Positions 51,392 through 63,896 are shown, counted from the stretch's first letter. The stretch is 64,000 nucleotides of DNA from an uncultured Nitrospiraceae bacterium (GCA_963730935.1 CAVSTP010000003.1:160001-224000), one strand, 5' to 3'. Made by a program: numbers and translations. The notes: a model not told the origin generated them from the letters alone.

Positions 51392-52261
51392 ATGATACGT
51401 GCATTCCAAGCGAGGGTCCGCGCGGTGACGCTCTTAAGTCTTCTTCTGCCACTCGGCTTGCTTAGCGGATGCGAGACAAATCCTTACACCGGGCGATCAC
51501 AGTTCCTCATGACGTCGGTGTCGGATGAGATGCAAATGGGAGCACAGGCGTACGATCAGGTGAAAACCGACCCCAAGATGAAGCAGTCGCAAGACCCACG
51601 CGAGATCGAACCGGTCAAACGGGTGGCCGCACGCATCATCGAAGCGGCAAAACGGTCGAAGTACGCCGAGATGGCGCAGCAGTTTCAATGGGAAGTGACA
51701 GTGTTCAAGGACGATAAGACTGCCAACGCGTTTGCGCTACCAGGAGGAAAAATGGCCGTGTACACGGGCATTTTCCCAATGGCGAAGACGGAATCGGGGT
51801 TGGCGGCAGTGATGGGGCATGAAGTCGTCCATGCGTTGGCGCGCCACGGAGCCGAGCGGATGAGTCAGGGACAGGCGACGAGCATCGGCATCCAAGTGCT
51901 GGGTACAGCGGCCGGCGTCGGGACGGGCAACGCCGCGCTGGGACAGGCGACCATGGCGGCGTTGGGAGTGGGCGCTCAAGTCGGGATGTTGCTTCCCTTC
52001 AGCCGAAAACATGAATCGGAAGCGGATTACATCGGCATTCTGCTTGCCGCCGATGCCGGGTATGACCCGAGAGAATCGGTGGCTTTGTGGGAGCGAATGG
52101 CGCGCATGTCCGGAGGAGGTGCACCTGCAGAATTCATGTCGACCCATCCGAGTAACGAAACACGCATCGATCAACTGAAGAAATGGATGCCTGAGGCGAT
52201 GGCGATCTATCAATCAAAGCAATCCGCTCCGGCCGCTGAATTGCCTCCGATCGGCCGCTAG
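51392..52261 (+). CDS. M48 family metallopeptidase lipoprotein
   Basis: Lipobox 'LSGC', 'NAFALPGG', 'HEVVH', 'ESEAD', 'STHP'. Confidence 0.93.
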   Translation: MIRAFQARVRAVTLLSLLLPLGLLSGCETNPYTGRSQFLMTSVSDEMQMGAQAYDQVKTDPKMKQSQDPREIEPVKRVAARIIEAAKRSKYAEMAQQFQWEVTVFKDDKTANAFALPGGKMAVYTGIFPMAKTESGLAAVMGHEVVHALARHGAERMSQGQATSIGIQVLGTAAGVGTGNAALGQATMAALGVGAQVGMLLPFSRKHESEADYIGILLAADAGYDPRESVALWERMARMSGGGAPAEFMSTHPSNETRIDQLKKWMPEAMAIYQSKQSAPAAELPPIGR

Positions 52262-52287
52262 TCCTTCGCTAGCATTCCTTCGGCTTC

Positions 52288-52316
52288 TTGCATCCGGCGC
52301 GTTCGTTTTCTATACT
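52288..52316 (+). promoter_or_regulatory. sigma70 promoter of rnpB
   Basis: TTGCAT-17-TATACT. Confidence 0.7.
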
Positions 52317-52330
52317 GAGCTTCGCGTGAG

Positions 52331-52748
52331 GGAGAGGACCGGGTGATCGCTCGTCATGCGACGAGAGGAAAGTCCGGACTTCAGGGGCAGAGCGCTGGGT
52401 AACACCCAGGCGGAGCGATCCGACACCCGCACCACAGAGAACAGACCGCCGATGGCCAAAGCGACGGGATCCCAATCGAGTCGCAACGGATCAGGCAAGG
52501 GTGAAACGGTGGGGTAAGAGCCCACCGCGGGGATGGCGACATCACCGGCACGGTAAGCGTCGCTCGATGCAAGACCAAATAGGAAGACAACTGCCGCATT
52601 CCCTTCGGAGTGCGGCGACCGGCTGGCCCGGCCGAGGTCTTCGGGTAGGTCGCTTGAGGTTCGAGGCAACTCGGATCCCAGAGAAATGATCACCGCCGTC
52701 AAGGAGCATATCCTTGACGGGACAGAATCCGGCTTATAAGTCCTCTCC
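52331..52748 (+). ncRNA. rnpB: RNase P RNA (type A)
   Basis: GAGGAAAGTCCGGAC, GGGTGAAACGGTGGGGTAAGAGCCCACC, ACAGAATCCGGCTTAT; P1 ggagaggac/gtcctctcc. Confidence 0.96.
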
Positions 52749-52823
52749 ACCGCGCCCTTTCTGCATCGATCGCCTGCTCATGATCCAGAAGGGGATCTCG
52801 CTCAGCAGTGCGGAGATCTCCTA

Positions 52824-52852
52824 TTGACCCGGCAGGACCGTGGTGCTAGGAT
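52824..52852 (+). promoter_or_regulatory. sigma70 promoter of the ilv operon
   Basis: TTGACC-17-TAGGAT with a TG extension. Confidence 0.65.
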
Positions 52853-52981
52853 CTTTGATCTTTCTCATTGATTTTTAAGATGTTTCTGAATAATCAGTGG
52901 GAATGGTGTAGGTACGGATAGCCGCAAAGGGATGGGTGTCTCCATCCGTGTACCGTCACGGAGCAGGAGAGGAGGCTCAGT

Positions 52982-54757
52982 ATGAAAATGACAGGCGCCG
53001 AAATCTTTATCGAATGCCTCAAACGTGAAGGCGTGAAGACGCTCTTCGCGCTGCCTGGGGGCGTTGTGCTTAAGATTTTCGACATGCTTTATCAGCAAAA
53101 GGACATCGAGGTGGTCTTGACCCGCCATGAGCAAGGCGCCGGTCACATGGCAGAGGGGTATGCAAAGGCGACAGGGAAAGCGGGTGTCTGCTTAGTGACA
53201 TCAGGACCTGGGATGACGAACGTCATCACCGCCCTGGCGGATGCCTATATGGACTCCGTCCCACTGGTCTGCTTCAGCGGTCAGGTCCCGACGAGCCTCA
53301 TCGGCAACGATGCGTTCCAGGAGGCGGACAACGTCGGTCTGAGTCGTCCGTGTACGAAGTACAATTTCCTCGTCAAAGACGTGAACGAGCTGGCCTCCAC
53401 GATCAAAGAGGCGTTCTATATTGCCACCACCGGCCGTCCGGGGCCGGTGTTGGTGGATATTCCCAAAGATGTCTCAATGGACAAGGCGGAATTCAATTAT
53501 CCCAATTCCGTGTCGATCCGGGGCTATAACCCGACGTACGAAGGGAACAAGTGGCAGATCAAACAAGCGGCCGAAGCGATTATGAAGGCCAAAAAGCCGA
53601 TTCTCTACGTCGGCGGCGGCGTCATCTTCTCCGGAGCTTCCAAGGAATTGATCGAGCTGGCGGAACTCACGCAGATTCCCGTGGACATGACGCTTATGGG
53701 ACTGGGCGCGTTCCCTGGGGAGCATCCGTTGTCTCTCGGCATGATGGGTATGCATGGAACCTATCAAGCCAACATGGCGGTCCATTATTCCGACCTCGTC
53801 GTGGCGATCGGCGCACGTTTCGATGACCGGGTGACCGGCAAGGTGTCGGAGTTCTGTCCCTACGCCAAGATCATTCACATTGACATCGATCCGACCTCGA
53901 TCAGAAAGAACATCAACGTCGATATCCCGATTGTCGGCGACTGCAAGGCCGTCCTTCGAGAGTTAAACCAGATTCTCAAGGCGACGGTGAACGGCGAACA
54001 AAAGGAACTCCGCAAGGCCTGGTGGGACCAGATTCGTGAATGGGAGCGGTCCCATCCCCTCGCCTACCAACAGGAAGCCGAAGGACCGATCAAGCCGCAA
54101 CAAGTTATCAAGCGCCTGTATGAATTGACCAAAGATCTGGATCCGATCGTCTCCACGGATGTCGGCCAGCATCAAATGTGGGCTGCGCAATACTTCAAGA
54201 TGGCCAAGCCCAACCGCTGGTTGACCTCCGGCGGCCTGGGCACGATGGGGTTCGGCTTTCCCGCGGCCATGGGTGCACAAGCAGCTTTTCCTGGCCGGCT
54301 CGTGCTCTGCATTGCCGGCGACGGCAGCGTGCAGATGAACATGCAGGAGATGGCTACGGCGGTCGTGCATAAGCTTCCCGTGAAAGTGATTGTCTTGAAC
54401 AACCGGTTCCACGGAATGGTTCGGCAATGGCAGGACCTCTTCTACGAAGGACGCTATGCCTCCAGCTACCTCGATACGACACCGGATTTCGTCAAGCTGG
54501 CTGAGGCGTATGGGGCGGTCGGATTGCGTGCCGGGAAAGTGGGTGACCTTGACGGCGTGCTAAAGGAAGCCATCGCGGCCAAGGGACCGGTAATCGTCGA
54601 CGTGCCGACGCATCCCTTTGAAAACGTCTATCCGATGATTCCCGCCGGCGGCTGCAATCACGAGATGATTCTAGAGGATCCGCCGGAGTTGAAGCAAAAG
54701 CAGAGCGGCGCGGCCAAGACCGCCCCACAGGATAACGACACGATTTTGACGGCCTAG
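52982..54757 (+). CDS. ilvB: Acetolactate synthase large subunit
   Basis: 'RHEQGA', 'TSGPG', 'DVGQHQMW', 'GDGS..MN'. Confidence 0.97.
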   Translation: MKMTGAEIFIECLKREGVKTLFALPGGVVLKIFDMLYQQKDIEVVLTRHEQGAGHMAEGYAKATGKAGVCLVTSGPGMTNVITALADAYMDSVPLVCFSGQVPTSLIGNDAFQEADNVGLSRPCTKYNFLVKDVNELASTIKEAFYIATTGRPGPVLVDIPKDVSMDKAEFNYPNSVSIRGYNPTYEGNKWQIKQAAEAIMKAKKPILYVGGGVIFSGASKELIELAELTQIPVDMTLMGLGAFPGEHPLSLGMMGMHGTYQANMAVHYSDLVVAIGARFDDRVTGKVSEFCPYAKIIHIDIDPTSIRKNINVDIPIVGDCKAVLRELNQILKATVNGEQKELRKAWWDQIREWERSHPLAYQQEAEGPIKPQQVIKRLYELTKDLDPIVSTDVGQHQMWAAQYFKMAKPNRWLTSGGLGTMGFGFPAAMGAQAAFPGRLVLCIAGDGSVQMNMQEMATAVVHKLPVKVIVLNNRFHGMVRQWQDLFYEGRYASSYLDTTPDFVKLAEAYGAVGLRAGKVGDLDGVLKEAIAAKGPVIVDVPTHPFENVYPMIPAGGCNHEMILEDPPELKQKQSGAAKTAPQDNDTILTA

Positions 54758-54758
54758 C

Positions 54759-56353
<1,595 letters not shown>

Positions 56354-56439
56354 GGAGCAGCGATCGGCGATCAGCCGTCCGCCGTGGACCGCAAGCGTCT
56401 ACGGAATTCAGCAGATTGCCGGCAGCTGATGGCGGACAA

Positions 56440-57090
56440 GTGGCGGATCGTGCCTTGGGCGTGCCCTTTGCCAAAGAAGGATTTCCCTTCATTGGCGTGG
56501 CCGCCGGCATTACACTGATCGCAGCATGGCTGGGATGGACCCCGGTCGCCATCGCGGCGGCAATCCTGACCCTCTTCGTGTCGTGGTTTTTCCGCAATCC
56601 GCCGCGCGTGGTTCCTCAGGGACCGAGACTCGTCGTATCTCCCGGGGACGGCAAAGTTCTTGCGGTGGAGGAAGAATTCGAGCCTCGCTACCTCAAGGAA
56701 CGTGCGGTTCGGGTCTCCATTTTCTTGAACGTGTTCGATGTGCACATCAATCGTATTCCCTGCGACGGGATCATCGAAAACGTGCAGTATCAACCCGGAT
56801 TGTTTTTGGTGGCCAGCAAGCCGCACGCCACGTTGCAGAACGAACAGAATGCCGTGATGATCAAGACGGCGGAAGGCGCCAAAGTCCTGTGCGTGCAGGT
56901 CGCGGGATTAATCGCCAGACGCATTGTCTGGTGGGTGAATCCGAAAGACCGAGCGGTGCGTGGAGAGCGCTACGGGCTCATTAGATTTGGGTCTCGAATG
57001 GACACGTATGTGCCGGTCGGGACGGCGATCAGGATCGCGGTCGGTGACCGGGTCAAGGGCGGGGAGACAATTCTAGGAGAATTACGATGA
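56440..57090 (+). CDS. psd: Phosphatidylserine decarboxylase proenzyme
   Basis: 'FFRNP', 'DVHINR', 'RFGSRMD'; GTG start inferred. Confidence 0.92.
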   Translation: MADRALGVPFAKEGFPFIGVAAGITLIAAWLGWTPVAIAAAILTLFVSWFFRNPPRVVPQGPRLVVSPGDGKVLAVEEEFEPRYLKERAVRVSIFLNVFDVHINRIPCDGIIENVQYQPGLFLVASKPHATLQNEQNAVMIKTAEGAKVLCVQVAGLIARRIVWWVNPKDRAVRGERYGLIRFGSRMDTYVPVGTAIRIAVGDRVKGGETILGELR

Positions 57091-57884
57091 AAGGCACAGC
57101 ACTGAGACAATCCTTCGCGAAGGGCGGCAAGCGGCACAAGGCCGCGATGCATCTCATTCCCAATCTGTTTACGACGGGTAATCTCTTTTGCGGCGTCTTC
57201 GCCATCTTGTCCGTATTCAACGCCAACTATTTGGCGGCGGCGGTTGCCATTTTGGTGGCGATGGTGTTCGACGTCTTGGACGGGAAATCAGCAAGGTTGA
57301 CGAATAGCACCAGCCACTTCGGCCTTGAGTACGATTCCCTCTCTGATGTCGTCTCGTTCGGAGTTGCGCCGGGGCTCTTGCTCTATTCCTGGGCGTTGAG
57401 CGGGCAGGGGACGTTTGGCGTGGCCGTGATGTTCGCGTATGTGGCGATGGGTGCGGTCAGGCTCGCTCGATTCAATGCGACTGCGACCCTCTCGGACGGT
57501 AAATATTTTACCGGTCTGGCCATTCCTGCGGCGGCCGGGGTGGTTGCCTCGATGGTGATTTTTGATCATTACATCGTCCGGGTCGGGGCCGAGGTCAAGC
57601 CGATGGCCGTGCTGATCGTGACCCTGCTGCTCTCGTTTTTGATGGTCAGCACGATCAAGTATCGCAGTTTCAAGGACTTGAAATTTCGGGGCCGACAGCA
57701 GATCACCTATTTGGTCTGGGGCATTCTTGCCCTCGTACTAGTAGCGGCCTGGCCCGAAGTTATGCTATTTGTGATGTTCGCCGGTTATGCGTTGTTGGGG
57801 CCGATTGAGCGTGTCGTCGGGATGTTGGCCAAGTTGGCGGGAAAACCAAAGAGAGAGCAGCCGGTCAGCGAACTTAAGTTTTAG
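57087..57884 (+). CDS. pssA: CDP-diacylglycerol-serine O-phosphatidyltransferase
   Basis: 'PNLFT', 'DVLDGKSAR...DSLSD', 'RLARFN'. Confidence 0.95.
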   Translation: MKGTALRQSFAKGGKRHKAAMHLIPNLFTTGNLFCGVFAILSVFNANYLAAAVAILVAMVFDVLDGKSARLTNSTSHFGLEYDSLSDVVSFGVAPGLLLYSWALSGQGTFGVAVMFAYVAMGAVRLARFNATATLSDGKYFTGLAIPAAAGVVASMVIFDHYIVRVGAEVKPMAVLIVTLLLSFLMVSTIKYRSFKDLKFRGRQQITYLVWGILALVLVAAWPEVMLFVMFAGYALLGPIERVVGMLAKLAGKPKREQPVSELKF

Positions 57885-57887
57885 CGG

Positions 57888-58197
57888 CAGCGACGAGGAG
57901 TAGTAAACAACGGTTCAGGAAAAAGAATGTTGAAAGCGGTCGTCCAGCAAGGCCGCTGTTTGTAACATTCTCCAGAGAGCTGGCGGGTGGTGCAAGCCAG
58001 TCCGGGACCCTGTTGAACTCGCCTCCGAGCCGAATCCGTGAAACGAGAGTAATGGATTCCGATTCGCCCTCGTGACGGGCCGAATGAAGGGTGGGGAATG
58101 GCCCAACGGTCGTTCAACACCGAACCAGGGTGGTACCACGAAGCGCGTCAAGCCTTCGTCCCTGAACGAAAGACAGGGATGAAGGCTTTTGCTTTTT
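57888..58197 (+). promoter_or_regulatory. Leucine T-box riboswitch upstream of leuA
   Basis: AGTA motif, AGAGA bulge, GGTGCAA loop, specifier GAA-CTC (58018-58020), T-box AACCAGGGTGGTACCACG (58123-58140), terminator 58150-58197. Confidence 0.92.
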
Positions 58198-58291
58198 GAG
58201 GCCGATGAAAAATGGGATTGGCCTTGCAGAAAATCCATTTTGATGGACTTCGGTCACACTGTGAACCACGAAGAACAGAAGGGGTGACACG

Positions 58292-59839
58292 ATGACGCGC
58301 ATGATCAGGATCTTCGATACGACGTTGCGGGATGGCGAACAATCCCCTGGCGCCAGCATGAACGTGGAGGAGAAAGTGATGGTCGCCAAGCAGCTGGCGC
58401 GGCTCGGTGTCGACATCATCGAGGCAGGCTTCGCCTACAGCTCGCCGGGGGATTTCGAGTCCGTCCGGCGCATCGCGCAGGAGGTCGAAGGCCCGACGAT
58501 CTGCAGTCTCGCCCGGGCGCGCCCTGAGGACATCGATCGGGCCTGGGAAGCCTTGAAGGGTGCGCCAAAGGTTCGCATCCACACCTTTCTTTCAACGTCG
58601 GACATCCACTTGAAGCATCAGTTCCGGATGACTCGCGACGAAGCCAAGAAGCGCGCCGTGGAGATGGTGCAGCGGGCCAGAGGGTACGTGGACGACGTGG
58701 AATTTTCGCCGATGGATGCCAGCCGTTCGGACCCCGCCTACCTCTACGAAGTCATCGAGGCAGTCATCAGCGCCGGCGCAGGCACGGTCAACATTCCCGA
58801 TACCGTGGGCTATGCGATTCCCCAGGAGTTTGGCAAGCTCATCAGAGGGATCCGTGAACATGTGCCGAACAGCGGCAAGGCGGTCATCTCGGTGCATTGC
58901 CACAATGATCTCGGATTGGCAGTGGCGAATAGTCTCGCGGCAGTCATCGAAGGGGCGGGGCAAGTCGAGTGCACCATCAATGGGATCGGCGAACGGGCGG
59001 GCAATACGTCGTTGGAAGAGATCGCCATGGGATTGCGGACCCGCAAGGACTTGTATCAAGCCGACACCACGATTCACACGGAAGAGATCTCGAAGACGAG
59101 CCGGCTGGTCAGCAAGATCACCGGGATGGTTGTGCAACCGAACAAGGCCATCGTGGGAGCGAACGCGTTTGCCCACACGTCCGGCATTCACCAGGACGGG
59201 CTGCTGAAGGACAAAACGACCTATGAAATCATGCGGCCGGAGTCAATCGGGTTGGTGGAAAGCAAGATGGTGATGGGCAAGCTTTCCGGTCGTCATGCGT
59301 TCCGTCAGCGGCTCGAGGAGCTGGGGTACAAACTGACCGACGAGGAAATCAATCACGCGTTCGAACGCTTCAAGAAACTCGCCGATCACAAGAAGGAGAT
59401 CTATGAAGAGGATCTTGAAGTGATTGTGTCGGAGGAACTGGCCAAAATGGCCGACCGCATCACGCTGAAATCCTTCAGCGTGAAGAGCGGGACGGATCAA
59501 GTGCCGACCGCCACCGTCGAGTTGGAAGTCGACGGGAAGGCCATCAGCCAGACAGGGACTGGGGACGGACCGGTGGACGCCGTCTATCGGACAATCGCCG
59601 CAATTACCCAGACCAAGAGCAAGCTGCTCATGTACGTGGTCAAGGCGATTACCGGCGGGACCGATGCGCAGGGCGAGGTCTCTGTCCGCGTGCAGGAAGA
59701 TGGGCGGACCGTTTCAGGCCATGGCGCCGATACCGACATCATCACGGCTTCGGCGCGCGCGTATTTAAGCGCCCTCAACAAGCTGGCATACCTGGCCGCG
59801 AAACAGGCGCAGGGCGAGCAGAAGGTGAACTTGATCTGA
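58292..59839 (+). CDS. leuA: 2-isopropylmalate synthase
   Basis: 'DTTLRDGEQ', 'HCHND', 'GERAGN', C-terminal 'GDGPVDA'. Confidence 0.97.
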   Translation: MTRMIRIFDTTLRDGEQSPGASMNVEEKVMVAKQLARLGVDIIEAGFAYSSPGDFESVRRIAQEVEGPTICSLARARPEDIDRAWEALKGAPKVRIHTFLSTSDIHLKHQFRMTRDEAKKRAVEMVQRARGYVDDVEFSPMDASRSDPAYLYEVIEAVISAGAGTVNIPDTVGYAIPQEFGKLIRGIREHVPNSGKAVISVHCHNDLGLAVANSLAAVIEGAGQVECTINGIGERAGNTSLEEIAMGLRTRKDLYQADTTIHTEEISKTSRLVSKITGMVVQPNKAIVGANAFAHTSGIHQDGLLKDKTTYEIMRPESIGLVESKMVMGKLSGRHAFRQRLEELGYKLTDEEINHAFERFKKLADHKKEIYEEDLEVIVSEELAKMADRITLKSFSVKSGTDQVPTATVELEVDGKAISQTGTGDGPVDAVYRTIAAITQTKSKLLMYVVKAITGGTDAQGEVSVRVQEDGRTVSGHGADTDIITASARAYLSALNKLAYLAAKQAQGEQKVNLI

Positions 59840-59904
59840 GGATCTCCCTCACGGTACAGTGCCCTCTTCGTTTGGCGCTGTCCTGTGGCGGAAGGAATGC
59901 CTCC

Positions 59905-60267
59905 GTGTTCAAAGTCAGGGCCTCTGATCGTCCTCAATTCCTTGCCGGCGACCATACGCGGCTTCGAGAAGTCCTTCATCCAGCCCAGCACCCGCTGAAA
60001 CTTGGATACAGCCTCGCCCATGGGATTTTGGGGCCCGGCCAGCGCTCGAAGTGGCATGTACTGGACTCCTCGGAGGTCTATTATTTCCTCGCCGGGGAGG
60101 GAAGGTTCATGATTGACGATGAGGTGACGAGCGTGGAACCCGGCACCACCGTGTACGTACCACCGGGGGGAAGGCAATCATTGGAGAATACCGGCAGTCA
60201 GAATATCGAATTCCTCTGTCTGGTTGATCCGGCGTGGAAGGCAGAGGACGAACGTATTTTAGAATGA
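59905..60267 (+). CDS. Cupin-domain protein
   Basis: 'WHVL..SEVYYFLAGEG', 'YVPPG...LENTG'; GTG start after AAGGA inferred. Confidence 0.85.
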   Translation: MFKVRASDRPQFLAGDHTRLREVLHPAQHPLKLGYSLAHGILGPGQRSKWHVLDSSEVYYFLAGEGRFMIDDEVTSVEPGTTVYVPPGGRQSLENTGSQNIEFLCLVDPAWKAEDERILE

Positions 60268-60311
60268 CTGCCGTGGTGACCGAGATCTTGTGCTAGAGGG
60301 AGGCGAGGATC

Positions 60312-61385
60312 GTGAAGGCAAAAATCGCAGTCTTGGCAGGCGATGGCGTAGGCCGTGAAATTGTGCCAGAAGCGGTCAAAGTCTTGAAAGCCGTCGCTGA
60401 AAAATGCGGGCATACGTTCGGCTTTACACAAGGCGACATCGGCGGACAAGCCATCGATAAGGTCGGCGTGCCGCTGCCTCAAGACACCTTGAGCTTGGCC
60501 AAGCAAAGCGACGCCGTGCTGCTGGGCGCGGTCGGGGGACCCAAGTGGGAAGGACTGGACTACAGTTTGAGGCCCGAGCGCGCGCTGCTGGGCATCCGCG
60601 AAGCCCTTGGACTGTATGCAAATTTGCGGCCGGCCAAGCTGTACCCCAATTTGGCCGATGCCTCGACCTTGAAAAAAGAAGTCGTGGAAGGCATCGACAT
60701 CCTGGTGGTTCGCGAGTTGACCGGCGGAATCTACTTCGGCAAACCGAAGGGCATCGAGAAATTACCAAACGGGAGCGAGCGCGGCACCAATACCGAGGTG
60801 TATACGACGGAGGAAATTCGCCGGATCGCCGTCGTGGCCTTTGAAGCCGCCCGCAGGCGTCGGAAGAAAGTCGTCTCGGTCGACAAGGCGAATGTGTTGG
60901 AGTCTTCCGAGTTGTGGCGACGCGTCGTCACCGGCGTGCACAAAGACTACCCCGACGTCGATCTCGGGCATATGTATGTGGACAACGCGGCGATGCAGCT
61001 GGTGCGCAATCCCCGCCAGTTCGACGTCATGCTCTGCAACAACATGTTCGGCGATATCCTGAGCGACGAAGCCGCGATGCTGACCGGCTCGATCGGCATG
61101 CTGCCTTCCGCCAGCCTCGGCGCGCAAGTGGGGCTCTTTGAGCCGATTCATGGAAGCGCGCCCGACATTGCCGGTAAAAATATCGCCAATCCCATCGCGA
61201 CGATCGCATCGGCGGCCATGATGCTGTCCTATGGGTTCAAGCTCGACAAGGAAGCGGAACTGGTCGAGCAGGCGATCGTCAAGACACTGGATCTCGGCTA
61301 CCGAACCAAGGACATCCAAAGTCCCGGCATGCGGGTCGTTGGAACCACCGAGATGGGTGATGCCATCGTGCGAAGTCTTGGATGA
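60312..61385 (+). CDS. leuB: 3-isopropylmalate dehydrogenase
   Basis: 'GDGVG.E', '[10 protein letters not shown]', '[11 protein letters not shown]', '[12 protein letters not shown]'. Confidence 0.97.
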   Translation: MKAKIAVLAGDGVGREIVPEAVKVLKAVAEKCGHTFGFTQGDIGGQAIDKVGVPLPQDTLSLAKQSDAVLLGAVGGPKWEGLDYSLRPERALLGIREALGLYANLRPAKLYPNLADASTLKKEVVEGIDILVVRELTGGIYFGKPKGIEKLPNGSERGTNTEVYTTEEIRRIAVVAFEAARRRRKKVVSVDKANVLESSELWRRVVTGVHKDYPDVDLGHMYVDNAAMQLVRNPRQFDVMLCNNMFGDILSDEAAMLTGSIGMLPSASLGAQVGLFEPIHGSAPDIAGKNIANPIATIASAAMMLSYGFKLDKEAELVEQAIVKTLDLGYRTKDIQSPGMRVVGTTEMGDAIVRSLG

Positions 61386-61389
61386 TGCC

Positions 61390-62583
61390 GTGAACATCGA
61401 TACCCGCCTTGGCACCATGCGAACCGTTGCCGGCAACGGGACACCTGGTTTCTCCGGGGACGGCGGCCCTGCCGTCGCCGCCTCTCTGAATGAACCGAAA
61501 AACCTGTGCCTCGACGGCCACGGGAATCTGCTCATCGCCGATTCCGAAAACCATGTTATACGCAAGGTTGATCGGGTGAGCGGCACCATCCAGACGGTCG
61601 CTGGAGGGTCCGCAATGCCGTCCGCGCAGGGAAGGGCTGCAGAGCAGGCCGCCGTCTCGGCCGACGATCCCTTCAGCGAAGGGAACACGACTGCTGGCAC
61701 GGCCTTCGCCCAGCAGGCGGACCTGAGCGGGACGGTGCGCTACGTGGTGAACGGGATCGGCGTGGCCAAGCGGCTTGCAGGAGACGGAGGGCCGGCGCCA
61801 AAAGCGCTCTTGAATTTTCCGACGGCGATTGCCGTGGACCAAGATGGTCATTTGTATATTGCCGATACCATGAATCACCGCATTCGTCGGGTGGACGCCA
61901 GGACAGGTCTGATATCCACGCTCGCAGGGGTGGGCCACCCGCGATTCAGTGGCGATGGCGGCCCATCGGTCAACGCCGGGCTGAACGAGCCGGCTGCCCT
62001 GGCGGTGCACGGAACCCGTGTGTATATCGCGGATCAGAGCAACAATCGCGTCCGAATGATCGATGTGGCAACCGAGATCATCACCACCGTCGCCGGCACC
62101 GGGTCGGCTGGATATAATGGCGACGGGATGGCTGCGGCCGAAGCCTCTCTTGCCGGTCCCAGCGGCCTGACGGTCGGCGCGGATGGCACGCTGTACATCG
62201 CTGACACGTTCAACGGGAGGATCCGTGGCGTCGATCCCACGACCGGCATGATCAGCACCGTCGTCGGTGATGGCGTAGATTACCGTTATCAGGGTCCAAC
62301 AGAGACCTCGTCGGGCAGCCTGTCTCGTCCCTCGGGAATTGCCCTTGATCCTGACGGGAATCTGGTAATCACCGACTCCGACAATCATCTAGTGCGCCGG
62401 TGGGAGCGAGCGACCCGCCGGATCGACCGGCTCGCCGGCACCGGCGAAGCCAGCGGGGGAGGCGACGGAGGACCGGCGCTCGCGGCTGGGTTATCCTATC
62501 CCTTCGGCATCGTCGTTGACGCGAACGGCCGTCTGTTGGTGGCAGACACGTTCAACCACCGGATACGCGAAATCATTCTCTAG
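61390..62583 (+). CDS. NHL-repeat beta-propeller protein
   Basis: Repeats 'GFSGDGGPA..A.LN.P..' and 'YIADT.NHRIR'; start approximate. Confidence 0.88.
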   Translation: MNIDTRLGTMRTVAGNGTPGFSGDGGPAVAASLNEPKNLCLDGHGNLLIADSENHVIRKVDRVSGTIQTVAGGSAMPSAQGRAAEQAAVSADDPFSEGNTTAGTAFAQQADLSGTVRYVVNGIGVAKRLAGDGGPAPKALLNFPTAIAVDQDGHLYIADTMNHRIRRVDARTGLISTLAGVGHPRFSGDGGPSVNAGLNEPAALAVHGTRVYIADQSNNRVRMIDVATEIITTVAGTGSAGYNGDGMAAAEASLAGPSGLTVGADGTLYIADTFNGRIRGVDPTTGMISTVVGDGVDYRYQGPTETSSGSLSRPSGIALDPDGNLVITDSDNHLVRRWERATRRIDRLAGTGEASGGGDGGPALAAGLSYPFGIVVDANGRLLVADTFNHRIREIIL

Positions 62584-62613
62584 GGGCGGGAAGATTGTGA
62601 TGGGTGCTCAGCC

Positions 62614-63636
62614 ATGCTGAAGAAAAAGTCGTCCTATGTAATGGCGATCCTCGGCGCGACCGGGGCCGTGGGAAAAGAGACGCTCGAGATTCTTGATGAG
62701 CGCAAATTTCCCATCGCCGGACTTCGATTGTTCGCGTCGAAGCGTTCAGCCGGAGGGGTCCTGACCTGTCAAGGGAAGGAGTGGACGGTCGAGGAATTGG
62801 CGCCCGAGTCTTCGTTTGCCGGCGTCGACATTGCGCTCATTTCGGCGACGGACCCGATCAGCCGCGAATATGGCGAGCGCTTAGGAAAAGCGGGCATCAT
62901 CGTCATCGACGATAGCGGCGTCTTCCGTATGGACGCGAACGTCCCCTTGGTCGTCCCCGAAGTGAATGCTCAGGCACTCTCCTCCATGCCTCGTGGGATT
63001 GTCTCGATCCCGAACTGTACGACCACTCCTTTGGTCATGGCGCTCAAGCCACTGCAAGATACGGCCGGGATCAAGCGGGTAGTCGTCACGACGTTTCAAT
63101 CCGTGTCGGGCACCGGCGCGGCCGCCATGGATGAATTGGTGACTCAAACGAAGGATCTCATGGCATTTCGTGATGTGAAGGCTGCAGTGTATCCCTATCA
63201 GATCGCCTTCAATCTCCTGCCGCACATTGGCTCCTTCAACGAGCAGGGCGACTGTTCGGAAGAGGTGAAGATCGCCAATGAAACGAGAAAAATTCTCGGG
63301 TCCCCGACACTTCGCGTCACGGCCACGACGGTTCGCGTGCCGGTGCTGCGCTGTCATTCAGAGGCGATCAACGTGGAATTGAATGCCCCGCTGAAGCCGA
63401 ACGAAGCGCGGGCCGCTTGGGCCGCGATGCCCGGCGTGATCGTGTATGATGATCCCAACCGGAAGCTCTATCCCATGCCGCTCGATGCGACCGGAAAGGA
63501 TGAGGTGTACATCGGACGGATCAGGGAAGATCCCTCTGTCACGAACGGGTTGAACCTCTGGGTGGTATCAGACAATCTCCGGAAGGGCGCTGCGCTCAAC
63601 GCCGTGCAGATTGCCGAATGCCTAGTCAACGGCTGA
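62614..63636 (+). CDS. asd: Aspartate-semialdehyde dehydrogenase
   Basis: 'GATGAVG', 'PNCTT', 'QSVSGTG', 'DNLRKGAALNAVQIAE'. Confidence 0.97.
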   Translation: MLKKKSSYVMAILGATGAVGKETLEILDERKFPIAGLRLFASKRSAGGVLTCQGKEWTVEELAPESSFAGVDIALISATDPISREYGERLGKAGIIVIDDSGVFRMDANVPLVVPEVNAQALSSMPRGIVSIPNCTTTPLVMALKPLQDTAGIKRVVVTTFQSVSGTGAAAMDELVTQTKDLMAFRDVKAAVYPYQIAFNLLPHIGSFNEQGDCSEEVKIANETRKILGSPTLRVTATTVRVPVLRCHSEAINVELNAPLKPNEARAAWAAMPGVIVYDDPNRKLYPMPLDATGKDEVYIGRIREDPSVTNGLNLWVVSDNLRKGAALNAVQIAECLVNG

Positions 63637-63896
63637 TGACCGAGTGGGGAGGAGGAGGTTTCGGCAAGCTCCTCATCGGCCTTGGCGTGGCGGTCGCACT
63701 GGTAGGAGGGCTGTTACTGCTCGCCGATCGGATCCTAGGCGTGAGCCACCTCTTAAGCTGGATGGGCAAGCTCCCCGGCGATATTTTCATAAAACGCGAC
63801 AATTTCAGCTTCTTTTTCCCTCTCGGCACCAGTATCGTCCTGAGCGTCGTCCTCAGTCTGGTATTCTATCTCTTATCATGGATTTTTCGCCGGTGA
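63636..63896 (+). CDS. DUF2905 family membrane protein
   Basis: 'GKLPGDI', 'FFFPLGTSIVLS'. Confidence 0.9.
   Translation: MTEWGGGGFGKLLIGLGVAVALVGGLLLLADRILGVSHLLSWMGKLPGDIFIKRDNFSFFFPLGTSIVLSVVLSLVFYLLSWIFRR

Noticed and set aside
52880..52921. Possible ilvB leader peptide MFLNNQWEWCRYG
   Set aside because: No Ile/Leu/Val run, no SD, and no U-tailed attenuator hairpin
56440..57884. psd-pssA inside the ilv-leu cluster as a novelty
   Set aside because: The ilvC-psd-pssA-leuA order is already known from several proteobacterial groups
61420..62570. Recurrent DNA motifs as a CRISPR or tandem array
   Set aside because: They are degenerate in-frame NHL protein repeats, not identical repeats with spacers
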